Shown: positions 48,712 through 58,753 of the stretch, in pieces
Numbering within the stretch: position 1 is the stretch's first letter
How the letters are laid out: every line of letters begins with the position of its first letter
NCBI GenBank assembly: GCA_965261545.1
Contig: CBDHDF010000010.1
Coordinates: forward strand, 704,001-768,000
Direction: 5' to 3'
DNA from: Bdellovibrionales bacterium
GTDB lineage: Bacteria > Bdellovibrionota > Bdellovibrionia > Bdellovibrionales > UBA1609
Length of the DNA stretch: 64,000 nucleotides
The notes under the pieces: model-generated
What the model was told of the DNA's origin: nothing
Seen by the model: the letters and a program-made list of their open reading frames with translations, nothing else
The model's database searches: none
Position numbers and translations under genes: made by a program

Positions 48712-49518
48712 CTAAGCTGCTCCCTTTTCATCAAAGTAACAGGTGAGCTTAGCTCTTAAGCGAACAATGGCTTGGGCATGAAGCTGAGAAACACGACTTT
48801 CTGTCACCCTTAGAATACATCCAATTTCTTTAAGGTTAAGATCTTCGTAATAATAAAGGGAGAGTACAATCCTTTGTCTCTCTGGAAGTTCTTCAATCGA
48901 GGTTGTTACGATTTCTTTAACAGATTTAAGGTTGAGTTGATTGAGAGGATTGCTAAGTTTACATCCCTCAAGGAGGTTTAAAATAGATTTTTTATCGACA
49001 TTGCTAAATGTTGTCGAATCATCTATAGATAAAACACTCACGGGACGAACCTGGTTCACAAGGCCAAAAAAACCTTCAATGGTCATGCCTAAGCGATCGG
49101 CAACTTCACGGTCTGTGGGTGTACGCCCTTTCTCAGCTTCCATTTTCACCAAAGTTCGGTCAAGCATTTTTGACTTATCTCTAATGGATCTTGGAACCCA
49201 ATCTTGAGCACGCAACTCATCGAGTATAGATCCTCGTATCCTAAACTCCGCATAGGTTTTAAATTTATTATCTCGAGTTGGATCGTATTTTTCAATCGCG
49301 TCCATAAGTCCAATCACACCACTCGATATAAGATCATCAAGTTCTATATTGGATGGCAATCTCACTGCAATTTTCTGAGCAATAAATTTAATAAGTGGAG
49401 CATACTCCATAATGAGCTTATCTTTTTGCTCAGAGCTAAGGCCGCCAGGTTCCTCTTTATATTGCTTGAGTAAACTGCCACCTGTACTATTAGAAACATC
49501 AGACATATAATTCCCCAT
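48712..49518 (-). CDS. fliA: RNA polymerase sigma factor FliA (sigma28)
   Basis: DLISSGVIGLMDA, FKTYAEFRIRGSILDELRAQDWVPRS, TESRVSQLH. Confidence 0.96.
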   Translation of the reverse strand: MGNYMSDVSNSTGGSLLKQYKEEPGGLSSEQKDKLIMEYAPLIKFIAQKIAVRLPSNIELDDLISSGVIGLMDAIEKYDPTRDNKFKTYAEFRIRGSILDELRAQDWVPRSIRDKSKMLDRTLVKMEAEKGRTPTDREVADRLGMTIEGFFGLVNQVRPVSVLSIDDSTTFSNVDKKSILNLLEGCKLSNPLNQLNLKSVKEIVTTSIEELPERQRIVLSLYYYEDLNLKEIGCILRVTESRVSQLHAQAIVRLRAKLTCYFDEKGAA

Positions 49519-49568
49519 CCATACCTATAATTCTATCAAAATGAGAACACTTAAAAAAGTCCTATTCT

Positions 49569-50432
49569 CTACTCATTACACTTAACAAGGTAGTTCCAGA
49601 AAAACTGAAGTCCTCCCTTGGGCGTGTCCATCATATTAAAACAACTCACTTTTTCTGAAAGTCGATCCAAGCCAAGACTTGAAGGGGCCCCTGGATTTAA
49701 GTTAGAAATTAATTGTTGCGATTTTGTTGCCATTCGGAGACTCTGGTCATTGGGAACATACCCCAAGTAACGAAGGCTCACACATAAGAATTTTGATGCT
49801 GTATCATAAAGAAGTTGATAAACTCGCTTAGACTCCAATTCATCTCTCACATCATTGCAAATAATACAAAATCGATTCTCTTTTTTTTCTTTAAATAAGA
49901 CTTTTATCAAAGCATAGGCATCTGCGAGGCTCGACGGCTCAGGGGTGACCACGACTATAATTTCTTGAGCAGCAGAGCTAAGATAGAGAACATTTTCGTC
50001 CATACCTGAGGCTGTATCGATGAGCATGATATCAAATGAGCCTTCCAAGTCATTGATTTGGTCCATAAAGCTCTGCTTTTGAAAGTGGTTCGTTTGATAA
50101 AGTGACAATATACCACTTCCTCCAGGAATAAGATGAACATTGTCAGCCACTTTTATAAGGCTTTGGCGTAGGTCTCTTTTTCCATTCATGATATCAACTA
50201 AAATATTGGATGGCCTCATTCCAAACATGATATCCAAATTTCCCATGCCAAAATCTCCGTCGAGGAGAAGAACTCTTTGCCCTCGGCGTCCCATAAATAG
50301 AGCCAAATTAGCAACAAGGCTTGATTTTCCAACGCCCCCCTTGCCCGATGTGACAGCCACGGTTCGCGTGGGCCTCATGTTCAGAGGTCGATGATGGCTA
50401 TAGGTGTTATTTCTAGGATGAGTTAAACCCAC
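49569..50432 (-). CDS. flhG: MinD-like flagellar number regulator FlhG/FleN
   Basis: VTSGKGGVGKS, DGDFGMGNLD, PGGSG, TPEPSSLADAYALIK; lies between flhF and fliA. Confidence 0.9.
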   Translation of the reverse strand: MGLTHPRNNTYSHHRPLNMRPTRTVAVTSGKGGVGKSSLVANLALFMGRRGQRVLLLDGDFGMGNLDIMFGMRPSNILVDIMNGKRDLRQSLIKVADNVHLIPGGSGILSLYQTNHFQKQSFMDQINDLEGSFDIMLIDTASGMDENVLYLSSAAQEIIVVVTPEPSSLADAYALIKVLFKEKKENRFCIICNDVRDELESKRVYQLLYDTASKFLCVSLRYLGYVPNDQSLRMATKSQQLISNLNPGAPSSLGLDRLSEKVSCFNMMDTPKGGLQFFWNYLVKCNE

Positions 50433-51340
50433 TGCGCCTCTCTAGTGCCTCTCTCTTGATTTTTGATTTCTTCTTTATTTTTTTCTTCAGGTCTGAGAAT
50501 CAAGTCAATGATTTTTTTCTTTGTTGCTGGCTCCAAATCTTCAGGAATACCATGACCAATTCCAAAAGAATGGAGAGGAAGTTGATGTTTCCTTTGAATA
50601 TTGACAATCACACCATGTTGGGTCAACTCATCAAGACCTGTCAATATAATATCACTGAGTCCTAAGTGAAAAGACGTTTGAAGACTGTGATCTATTTCAA
50701 GCTCTCTCCACATAACAGATTGTACGTAGTGAACTCTTCTTTCTCTGGGCTTAGGAGGAAGTCTATCAACGAAATAAGAAATCTTTTCTTTACTTTGAAA
50801 TGGTGGAAAATCAACAAGGATATGGTCCAGTTGAGAAAATCTTTGATTTCTATTTATAGTTTCCCAATCCTTGGGTGTTTTCAGATGAGCAAATGCTATG
50901 TTCAAGATTTGAGTATAAGTTTTTAATTGTTCGACCGCCCCTATTTTTGTATGATCGGCTGTTACAATTCCAATGGAGCCTTTGCTTGACTTGATGATTT
51001 CACTGGCACACTTTATAAGTGTAGAAGTTTTTCCATGGCCAGCTCTTCCTACAAAAACATGGTATCGTCCTTCAAATCTTTGTTCCTTACATACAAGCAA
51101 TCCTGACAGATATTTAGCTGCCCATGTTTCTATAAAGTGAGGGTCTCGTAGAGATTCAGAATGTATGGATACTTGAGTCTTTCGAGCTATTTCTTGAATA
51201 ATTTTTTGAATGATTTCTTGAATGATTTCTTCATTGAGCCCCCCAGTCTTAAGCTTGCGATACAAAGGAACTACCTTAGGACATATCCACTCTTTTTCAA
51301 AGGTTGAAAGTGTTGGAATTTCAAATTTTTTTATCTGCAC
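50423..51340 (-). CDS. flhF: FlhF SRP-type GTPase, N-terminally shortened and with divergent G motifs
   Basis: MQIKKFE start, GRAGHGKTS, IGAVEQLKTY, LVDFP, TGLDE, GIGHGIPEDL. Confidence 0.82.
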   Translation of the reverse strand: MQIKKFEIPTLSTFEKEWICPKVVPLYRKLKTGGLNEEIIQEIIQKIIQEIARKTQVSIHSESLRDPHFIETWAAKYLSGLLVCKEQRFEGRYHVFVGRAGHGKTSTLIKCASEIIKSSKGSIGIVTADHTKIGAVEQLKTYTQILNIAFAHLKTPKDWETINRNQRFSQLDHILVDFPPFQSKEKISYFVDRLPPKPRERRVHYVQSVMWRELEIDHSLQTSFHLGLSDIILTGLDELTQHGVIVNIQRKHQLPLHSFGIGHGIPEDLEPATKKKIIDLILRPEEKNKEEIKNQERGTREAQWV

Positions 51341-51804
51341 TTTTTATCCCCCCTCTTATCATCCCTCTTATCCTCTCTAAGAGAGGAAGAGACAATTTCT
51401 GTCAATCGAACACCAAATTTCTCACCCACCACCACGGCTTCTCCTTTGGCCACATGTTTATCATTGACGAAAACATCCATGGGATCTCCAGCCATTTTGT
51501 TGAGTTCAATGACACTTCCTTTGTCTAAGTTTAATAAATCATGAACCACCATCTTAGTGCGCCCCATTTCCACTCGTACCTTCAATGAAATATCAAGAAT
51601 GAGGTCTAGATTGTCTCGATCTTCCCGATTTTCTAAATTTTCTCGACTTTCTCCACCACGCTCTGAATCTGAAAGGGGCATTATATCGACTTCTGTGTTG
51701 ACCACTGAAAGGCTTGGCTCTAAGTTTTCAAAGGTTGGAGTGTTTTCGTCACTTTGTTTGTTTTCTAGACATAAGTTTTTTATCTGTTCCTCTGTCATGA
51801 GCAC
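51331..51804 (-). CDS. fliN: Flagellar motor switch protein FliN
   Basis: NLDLILDISLKVRVEMGRT...GSVIELNKMAGDP...GEAVVVGEKFGVRLTEI. Confidence 0.93.
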   Translation of the reverse strand: MLMTEEQIKNLCLENKQSDENTPTFENLEPSLSVVNTEVDIMPLSDSERGGESRENLENREDRDNLDLILDISLKVRVEMGRTKMVVHDLLNLDKGSVIELNKMAGDPMDVFVNDKHVAKGEAVVVGEKFGVRLTEIVSSSLREDKRDDKRGDKKCR

Positions 51805-51805
51805 C

Positions 51806-53059
51806 TCACTTAGAAATAGGTTTTGTAATCTTTATAGCCATGGTTCCATGATGCACTCCACGGCGAGCCTTGTATTTATTAACATCTTCAATTTGCACAT
51901 GAGATTCATCAAAAACACTTTCGTTTAGTGTAATGATATCTCCTTCTTTTAAATTCATTAATTGTTTGAAAGAAATGGAGGACGTACCCAGGTTTACTTT
52001 CAATTCAACGCTTGCTTGCAAGAGTTTTTCTTTCAGGGAGGAACTCCATAGTTCTTGAGATCTTGAATCTTGGCTCTGTCTTTGAACCATATTCTGAGTT
52101 TGGCTCATCTTCTGATCTTGGGTTACACTCTGAACTTGGTTTACACTCTGAGCTTGATCCACATGTTGTTTTGAGTTCAATCTTGACCTCGAATTTGGGT
52201 TCGATCTTGAATTTAATTCTGATTTCAAAGAAATATAATTATTGATAGACCCCAGTTTTTGTTTGATTGGCTCCAATGTGGAATAAGGTGTCACTAGAGT
52301 CATCAAGCCTTGGGCATCATCAAGCTCTAAGATAAATTCAGAAACAACAATGACATCTGACTCATGCATCATACCTAAAAGATGTGAATGAGTTTCAGTG
52401 CTGGCAAATTTGCAATCCATTTTTTTAATAGGTGCCCAAGCTTTGTCTAAGTCGCTGACCGCCCAATGAATCACTTGCTCAACAAGAGATAGCTCAATAT
52501 GTGTGAGTCCATTTCCTTCTAACTTTGTGTAGGGACGATGAGTGCCTCCAAAGAAGTGATCAATGAGAATATATACCAATTTTCTTTCCATCAATAATAG
52601 AGATGGAACCTCTGAGGTATTCATTTGGAGGCAGTTGATACTCGTGAACATAGAAAAAGATTGGGCCCATTCACCAAATTGTAGAAAATCATGGGAGGCA
52701 CGGTGAAGACTTACTGTCTTTCTCAATTTTGATGAAAGAGTTTGGCTAAAAAACTCCATGAAATCATTATCAATGATGTCGATACGAGGGAAGTGATTCC
52801 GAATGATTTTGTCTTGGCAAGTGATATTGTAGGCAATAGGGCTTCGCCTTTTTGTATCCATAGATTTTTCTTTGTCAGCTCCCACTATCTCATTAATTTC
52901 TGCATTCTTATTAATTTTCACACTTTCATTAATCTCTGTGCTTTCATTAATTTCTTCATTCTTATTAATTTTTAATCTCTCATCATGATAAACTAAACTC
53001 CCTTCTGATATGGAAGACATCAAGGCGTCTATTTCACTTTGTGAGAGAATTTGATTCAC
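51806..53059 (-). CDS. fliM: Flagellar motor switch protein FliM with low-complexity insertions
   Basis: ILSQSEIDALM, IDHFFGG, LTHIE, PYSTLEPIK, C-terminal SpoA domain. Confidence 0.9.
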   Translation of the reverse strand: MNQILSQSEIDALMSSISEGSLVYHDERLKINKNEEINESTEINESVKINKNAEINEIVGADKEKSMDTKRRSPIAYNITCQDKIIRNHFPRIDIIDNDFMEFFSQTLSSKLRKTVSLHRASHDFLQFGEWAQSFSMFTSINCLQMNTSEVPSLLLMERKLVYILIDHFFGGTHRPYTKLEGNGLTHIELSLVEQVIHWAVSDLDKAWAPIKKMDCKFASTETHSHLLGMMHESDVIVVSEFILELDDAQGLMTLVTPYSTLEPIKQKLGSINNYISLKSELNSRSNPNSRSRLNSKQHVDQAQSVNQVQSVTQDQKMSQTQNMVQRQSQDSRSQELWSSSLKEKLLQASVELKVNLGTSSISFKQLMNLKEGDIITLNESVFDESHVQIEDVNKYKARRGVHHGTMAIKITKPISK

Positions 53060-53129
53060 GATGTCTATACTCCTTAAATAAAAGTTCTTAATTGAAAACC
53101 ATTAACTGAAAATCATTAACTGTAAATCA

Positions 53130-53657
53130 TTAACTAAAAATAAGTTGTGTAAAATAAATACTGCGAATCTGACCTTTTGTTAAAAACAGATTCACTTGGT
53201 TGCGAATTTCATTCTTTAATTCTTCTTTTCCTTTGCGATTCATCATCTCCCCATAGGATTTACTTGAAAGAAGAATAATAATAATATCTCTTATTTTAGG
53301 CTTTAAACGATTGATTTCTTGTTGAGCTCCTTCGCCATCAATTTCAAGTTCCATATTTAATTTGACAAGTTTGCGTCCATGATTTCCTGCAAGATTGACA
53401 AGAAAAGTTTCCAAAGGAATAAGTTGTCCCATCTCAGTAGGTCTTGTTATCAAGCTGTTATCATCGACGATTCCTCTTGAAACGCCATAAAAGGAATTCA
53501 TGCCATCTCCTTTCTCCCACTTGTAGATAAAACTTCCAAATAACAAGATAGCTACAGTATTTAGGATAGCTAAAATAAGAAAGAGTGTAGATTTTTGCAG
53601 TCTTTGAGATCGGCGTGGCGATGTGACCTCTTTCTTTTCTATGTCATGTTCGATCAC
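53130..53657 (-). CDS. fliL: Flagellar basal body-associated protein FliL
   Basis: Single TM, PLETFLVNLAG, IRDIIIILLSSK, IYFT; GTG after AAGGAG. Confidence 0.9.
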   Translation of the reverse strand: MIEHDIEKKEVTSPRRSQRLQKSTLFLILAILNTVAILLFGSFIYKWEKGDGMNSFYGVSRGIVDDNSLITRPTEMGQLIPLETFLVNLAGNHGRKLVKLNMELEIDGEGAQQEINRLKPKIRDIIIILLSSKSYGEMMNRKGKEELKNEIRNQVNLFLTKGQIRSIYFTQLIFS

Positions 53658-53709
53658 AGTAGCTCCTTGCGAAATTTTGAAAACTTGTGAGACCCTCTTT
53701 CTCGTATAG

Positions 53710-53726
53710 AGCAACTTGAGTGCCAA
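53710..53726 (-). promoter_or_regulatory. Sigma54 promoter of the fliL operon
   Basis: TTGGCACTCAAGTTGCT, a near-consensus -24/-12 element (GG-N10-GC). Confidence 0.75.
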
Positions 53727-54182
53727 CTGACCTAAAGTCTCTTATCCATCAATTTCTTCAAGGCGAAAACCTAGAGCCGACTCTCCACAGGTCAGTATAC
53801 CCATGACTTTTGTGCAGTCATATAAAAGCTGTTGTGGCAAAAGAGGCTCATATTTTGACTGATCCATATAGTAGTTTTTGACACCACTATGGGCGAGGAA
53901 TCAGGATTCAGAGATATAAATGCAAGAGAGATTCGTAGGCGCACAAACAAAGCCATGTCTAAACTTTGTACATTAATGAGAGATGATTTCGAAGCGATCA
54001 AATCTATGTTGTATCCTTCCTATACATTGTATCTTTCCTATACAATGATAGAACACAAGCATATGCCTTGTTAAGAAAGCATAAGCCTTGTTAAGAAAGC
54101 ATAAATTGACGCTCTTTTTATAGTAATACAAGTTATTTATGTTATTTATGGAAAATCGACTACACAAAAATTTAAGTCGCTC

Positions 54183-55673
54183 CGTATTGGGTCATAAGTA
54201 AACGACACCAAGGAGCGGTTTGTCATTTTGCTCATCTTATGCCACCTCCTTGATATTTTCCTGTCGTACTAATTTGAAAAACTCTTTAAGTTTTAGTTCA
54301 AGTCCCCTCTTTAGCTCAAAGGGGTTGAGTTCAGCTTTACGCCTCCTCAGTGCTTCATCCTCCTCATGGTTTAATACCCCACTTTCAATAACTCTCTGAT
54401 AGGGAGTCTTAGGGGTGCCATACTTTTTCTTGATTCTGGCTCCCACTCGTACCTTTTCCTGAAGTTTAAATGTGGGGAGAAAGAAGTTCTGGAGGGGACT
54501 CCAGTGGTTTTTATAAATGTCATTCATTAAAGGAACTAGCCTTGGATCTTCAAACCTCTCATAGCCAAACAATTCTCTGACGTGGGTGAAGTTTTTTTGC
54601 TCAATGTAGCAGTTGTCATTCTTTTTGTAGGGGCGAGAACGAGTGAACTTGATGTTAGATAATTGGGTGAATTGAAGGACAGGCTTGTTTAAGAACTCAC
54701 TTCCTGAGTCTGAGTTCATGGCCAGTAGTTTAAAAGGTATAGCTTGGTTAATGTTGTTGATTTGCCTTCTCACCTCCGTCCCTTTCTTGGTAAACATAGC
54801 CCGACACTCTGTCCATGTGGTGTTAATGTCGGTCACTGTAAGAGAGCTGATAAAAGGGCCTTGGGCACTCGTTCCACAGTGAGCAACCGTATCTGTTTGT
54901 ATATAACCAGGCCTTGTGACCTTGGAGTCCAGTGTATTGATGGGAACCTTATTTTTCATATATTGGGCAGGACAGGTTGTGGACAATCCCTTAGAGACCA
55001 CTGAAGCCAAGCGAATTTCCTTCAGATAACGCTTCAAGGTGCTGGCACTCATTTTTTCTAACTGAAGCTTTAAGTGGGGAGGACACGACTCATAATTGGG
55101 GAGCCAATCCGGTAGAGCGGCTTTTATTCGTACAGCCGAGATTTTTTCCATTTGTTCCCACAAATATTTGATGTGGGGTCGTAACTCCTCTTGAGAATAA
55201 GCCAGAGGCCTCCCTGACCGCTTGAGTGGCACAGAGCCATTATTTTGTTGAATCTCGTTTAATCTCCTTATGAGTCGCTTCCTAGAGAGGTTTGTGACCA
55301 GTTCCGCATGATCTAGCAACTCCCCTTTTTTAGCCTTAGAACTTTGTTGATATAAGCCTGAAATTGCAGTTAAGTAAGCATTAACAGCCGACTCCCTCAC
55401 TGAAGACCCCCTCGTTGATTGTTTGTTTCCAAAGATCAATCTTACTGAGAGGATCAACAGAGGGGTAGCTCGGCTGATCTGTTTTAGAAGGCGTAACAAC
55501 CGGTGTCTTATTGAGTGAGGGAGTCTCCTCAACGCACATTTTTGACTCAAAAAGAGAAAAGTGGGAACTCGGTATCGGAATAATGAGCCAGCCAGGTGGA
55601 GGACCATAACCCGGGCACCACGAAGGTGTTTTAATGTGATGCGTCTTGGTGTCGTTATTTTTGACCCAATTCG
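54183..55673 (-). mobile_element. Insertion sequence of about 1.49 kb with an rve/DDE transposase (ISNCY-type, family tentative)
   Basis: Imperfect terminal IRs CGTATTGGGTCATAAGTAAACGACACCAAG / CGAATTGGGTCAAAAATAACGACACCAAG; apparent 3-bp CTC duplication on both flanks. Confidence 0.8.
54237..55400 (-). CDS. DDE/integrase-core transposase
   Basis: DTVAHCG, DSGSEFLN, TRSRPYKKNDNCYIEQKN, KTPYQR; likely GTG start at 55400. Confidence 0.9.
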   Translation of the reverse strand: MRESAVNAYLTAISGLYQQSSKAKKGELLDHAELVTNLSRKRLIRRLNEIQQNNGSVPLKRSGRPLAYSQEELRPHIKYLWEQMEKISAVRIKAALPDWLPNYESCPPHLKLQLEKMSASTLKRYLKEIRLASVVSKGLSTTCPAQYMKNKVPINTLDSKVTRPGYIQTDTVAHCGTSAQGPFISSLTVTDINTTWTECRAMFTKKGTEVRRQINNINQAIPFKLLAMNSDSGSEFLNKPVLQFTQLSNIKFTRSRPYKKNDNCYIEQKNFTHVRELFGYERFEDPRLVPLMNDIYKNHWSPLQNFFLPTFKLQEKVRVGARIKKKYGTPKTPYQRVIESGVLNHEEDEALRRRKAELNPFELKRGLELKLKEFFKLVRQENIKEVA

Positions 55674-57263
55674 CTCAAATTCCTATCTTGATAAATCATA
55701 AGAAAATTATTGATAAAATATAAATTTTAAATAATAATTAATTAATTAAATGGAATTAATTTTTTTATAAAGTGTATTTGATGAGAATTGAAACGAATTG
55801 TACTAATCTGAGACTTTTAACTATGCTTTTTTAAAATATTTTAAAAGAGTATATGTGTGATGTTTTCCACAAGTTAATTATAACTTAATTCATCGTTAAA
55901 TGGAGGAGGGTGTAAAGTGAATATAAATAGAAAATTATTACATTCATTACAATTATTTAGATTATTATTTGTTTTATTCACTTTTTTAGTTTGTTTTTCG
56001 AATTACATCTATTCATCTCCTTTAGACTCATCTCCTTCAGACTTAAAAACATCAGATGAAACATCGAACGAAGTGCCATCTGAAACAATATCTCCCGTAC
56101 CTCAGGCATCTGATGAAAATTGTAATGGAGGGCAGAGATGTTCTGAATGGAAAAGTTATGCATTATTTTTAGAACAACGAGCAAAAGAACAGCCAGCAAC
56201 AGAAAATAGTTGTGAGTCTAGTGAATCTAGTACATCGGCGAGTGGCTCAACTGGGTCTCGTACTGTTGAATTGAGTGTCAATTCATTGCCTTCTTTATCT
56301 AGTCTGAATGCAGGAGCATACAATATTAGTGGAACTTGTGACTCAAGACTTGGAAATGTCACGGTTGTTATTGGGAAACCCAATGTTCAAAAATCTTTAA
56401 TTTGCACAAGTCAGAACGTATTTTCGGAAAGTTTTAACCTAGAACGTGTATCTTCCAATCCAGTCATTGCGACAGTCAGTCAAGAACAAGCCAATTCTAA
56501 TGGAGCCAGCATAATATCAAAAGAATTGAGCGTATCTATTGTTAATGAAATAAATTACTTTATAACAAAGTGGAATTTCCGTAATAATTATTATCGATTC
56601 ACTCTGCCTCTTAAATCAAATAAAGCATTAAGATATAATTTTTTGGTAAACTGGGGAGACGGAAGCCCTGCTGAGAGGGTCACATCTTTTGATGATCTAG
56701 ATAAGGTACATACCTATAAAAAGGCTGGAAATTATACGATTAAGATTTTTGGAATTTGTGAGGGATTTCAAAATGACGGAGTCTCAAGAAATATGTTGCT
56801 TGAGGTTGCCAACTTAGGTCAAGTTGGATGGAAAGACTTATCCCATGCTTTTAAAAACAACTTTTCTCTCACAAAATTTCTTGGAGGAGATACATCAAAA
56901 GTCACAAACATGTCGCATATGTTTACCCTTGCCAAAAAGGGACTGTAAAAATAATTGTGTAACTGCAATTTTTTTCTTAAATCTTAAAGCCACTTATGTG
57001 GCTCCACTCCTGGTAAAAAGCACAGTCCCATATTATTCGTCAATGTATAATTGACATTTTTTCCTTCAAGCGATTTTGTCAGTCACAATGCATTATAAGT
57101 TAATGGGGAGGTGGACATCTTCGCTGGTCTATATAATGGCCTCTTTAGTTACTCTGGACTTTTGATTGTATTATGGAGCCGTAATGGGATCATATCAGAA
57201 CTGGAAAGAACTCAAATAAATAATTATCATCTTGGTTGAAAAAAAATCAGCAATGGCTCTCTC

Positions 57264-57456
57264 AAAAAAATGGAAATTCCAATCTCATCAAAGGGTTCAT
57301 GTGTTTAGGTTCCCATACTATATTACCCCCTTTTTTTTATTTTTTTTAACTTAGGATATTCGAGAAATACCAGAATTGGGATGAAATATGAAAAAAAATG
57401 GAAACCCAAATCTGCACCAAGAGGGCATGTATTTAGGTTCCCATACTATATTACCC
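57264..57456 (-). repeat. Two imperfect 65-bp direct repeats, each a hairpin + U-tract on the minus strand, inside the IS256 cargo
   Basis: Copies 57264-57328 and 57392-57456 share CATGT(G/A)TTTAGGTTCCCATACTATATTACCC and AAAAAAATGGAAA. Confidence 0.85.
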
Positions 57457-57492
57457 TAACCATAGTCTCGGTATTCCAGTACTTCTGTCAAC

Positions 57493-57526
57493 GCCTTAGA
57501 GGGGCTTTTAAGCCCCCTTATAAGGC
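57493..57526. terminator. Hairpin downstream of the IS256 transposase (possible terminator)
   Basis: GCCTTAGAGGGGCTTTTAAGCCCCCTTATAAGGC. Confidence 0.45.
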
Positions 57527-57550
57527 AGGTGGTGGACCTTATTAAAAAAC

Positions 57551-58753
57551 TTAGTTGTCAAAACGGTCACCGTATTCAATGGCAAACCTGTTCATGGCTG
57601 GCTTCCAGTTGTGTAATGGTCGTGTCCATCGCTTAGAGGCCATTTTTATCGCTAAATATACAACTTTTAAAGCCGACCGATCACTGGGAAATATCTTACG
57701 ATTTCTGATCGCCTTGCGGATCACGCTATTTAACGACTCTATGGCGTTTGTGGTATAAAAAATCTTTCTGATTTCATCCGGATAATCGAAAATAGTGATG
57801 AGATTGTCCCAATTCCTACGCCAAGACTTTTCAATATTAGGATACTTTGAAGACCACTTGGTACAAAATTCCTCAAGGGCCTTTTCAGCTTCTGTCAGAG
57901 TCGTAGAGCCATAAATGGACTTGAGGTCTTGGGCGACAGCTTTCATATCCTTGGAAGGAACATAGCGAAGGGAATTGCGGACCATATGGACAATGCACAG
58001 TTGCACTTTAGACTTGGGAAAAGCCGCTGAAATGGCTTGAGGAAAACCTGTAAGACCATCTACAGAAAATATAAATACATCTTTCAACCCTCGATTTTGC
58101 AGCTCAGTCAAAACACTCAACCAAAACTTTGAACCCTCATTTTCAGAAATCCATAGGCCCAACAAGTCTTTCTGACCCTCCTCTGTAATACCAAGAGCTA
58201 GGTAAATCGCCTTATTAATAACTCTCTTGTCTTGATGGACCTTCACCACGATACAGTCCAAAAATACGATAGGGTAAGTGCTATCCAAGGGGCGGTTCTG
58301 CCAAGCCGTAACTTCATCAATAACAGCATCCGTCACGTTGGCTATCACTGAGTGGGATATCTCTGCACCATGGTAGAGGTCTTTGATAGCTCCTTGAATA
58401 TCCCTGGTCGTCATTCCCCTCGCATAGAGGGTCAGGATACTGTCTTCAAAGCCCTCAAGACGAGTCTTACCCTTGGGAATGACTTGAGGTTCAAAGGAGG
58501 CACTTCGGTCACGGGGGACCTGAAGCTCCACCTCGCCTTTCTCTCCCTTTATGGTCTTTCTACTGTAACCATTGCGAGTGTTGGATTTGCGGGTCTCAGA
58601 CTTCTCATGCCTCTCATAACCTAGGTGATCGTCCATTTCCGCATTAAGGGCCGTCTCTAAAACAACCTTCATCAGTTGACCCGTTATGTCGGATAAATCC
58701 TTTTGGGTCTTGACGTTCTTCGCTAGTTCCTTGCCTATTGTCTTGATATCCAT
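57551..58753 (-). CDS. IS256 family transposase
   Basis: HLGYE, RNGY, VPRDR, WQNRPL, DGLTGF, QLCIVHMVRNS, YTTNAIESLN. Confidence 0.97.
   Translation of the reverse strand: MDIKTIGKELAKNVKTQKDLSDITGQLMKVVLETALNAEMDDHLGYERHEKSETRKSNTRNGYSRKTIKGEKGEVELQVPRDRSASFEPQVIPKGKTRLEGFEDSILTLYARGMTTRDIQGAIKDLYHGAEISHSVIANVTDAVIDEVTAWQNRPLDSTYPIVFLDCIVVKVHQDKRVINKAIYLALGITEEGQKDLLGLWISENEGSKFWLSVLTELQNRGLKDVFIFSVDGLTGFPQAISAAFPKSKVQLCIVHMVRNSLRYVPSKDMKAVAQDLKSIYGSTTLTEAEKALEEFCTKWSSKYPNIEKSWRRNWDNLITIFDYPDEIRKIFYTTNAIESLNSVIRKAIRNRKIFPSDRSALKVVYLAIKMASKRWTRPLHNWKPAMNRFAIEYGDRFDN

Noticed and set aside
57264..57456. IS256 cargo repeats as a mini-CRISPR array
   Set aside because: Only two imperfect units, each ending in a U-tract, and no Cas or TnpB gene nearby
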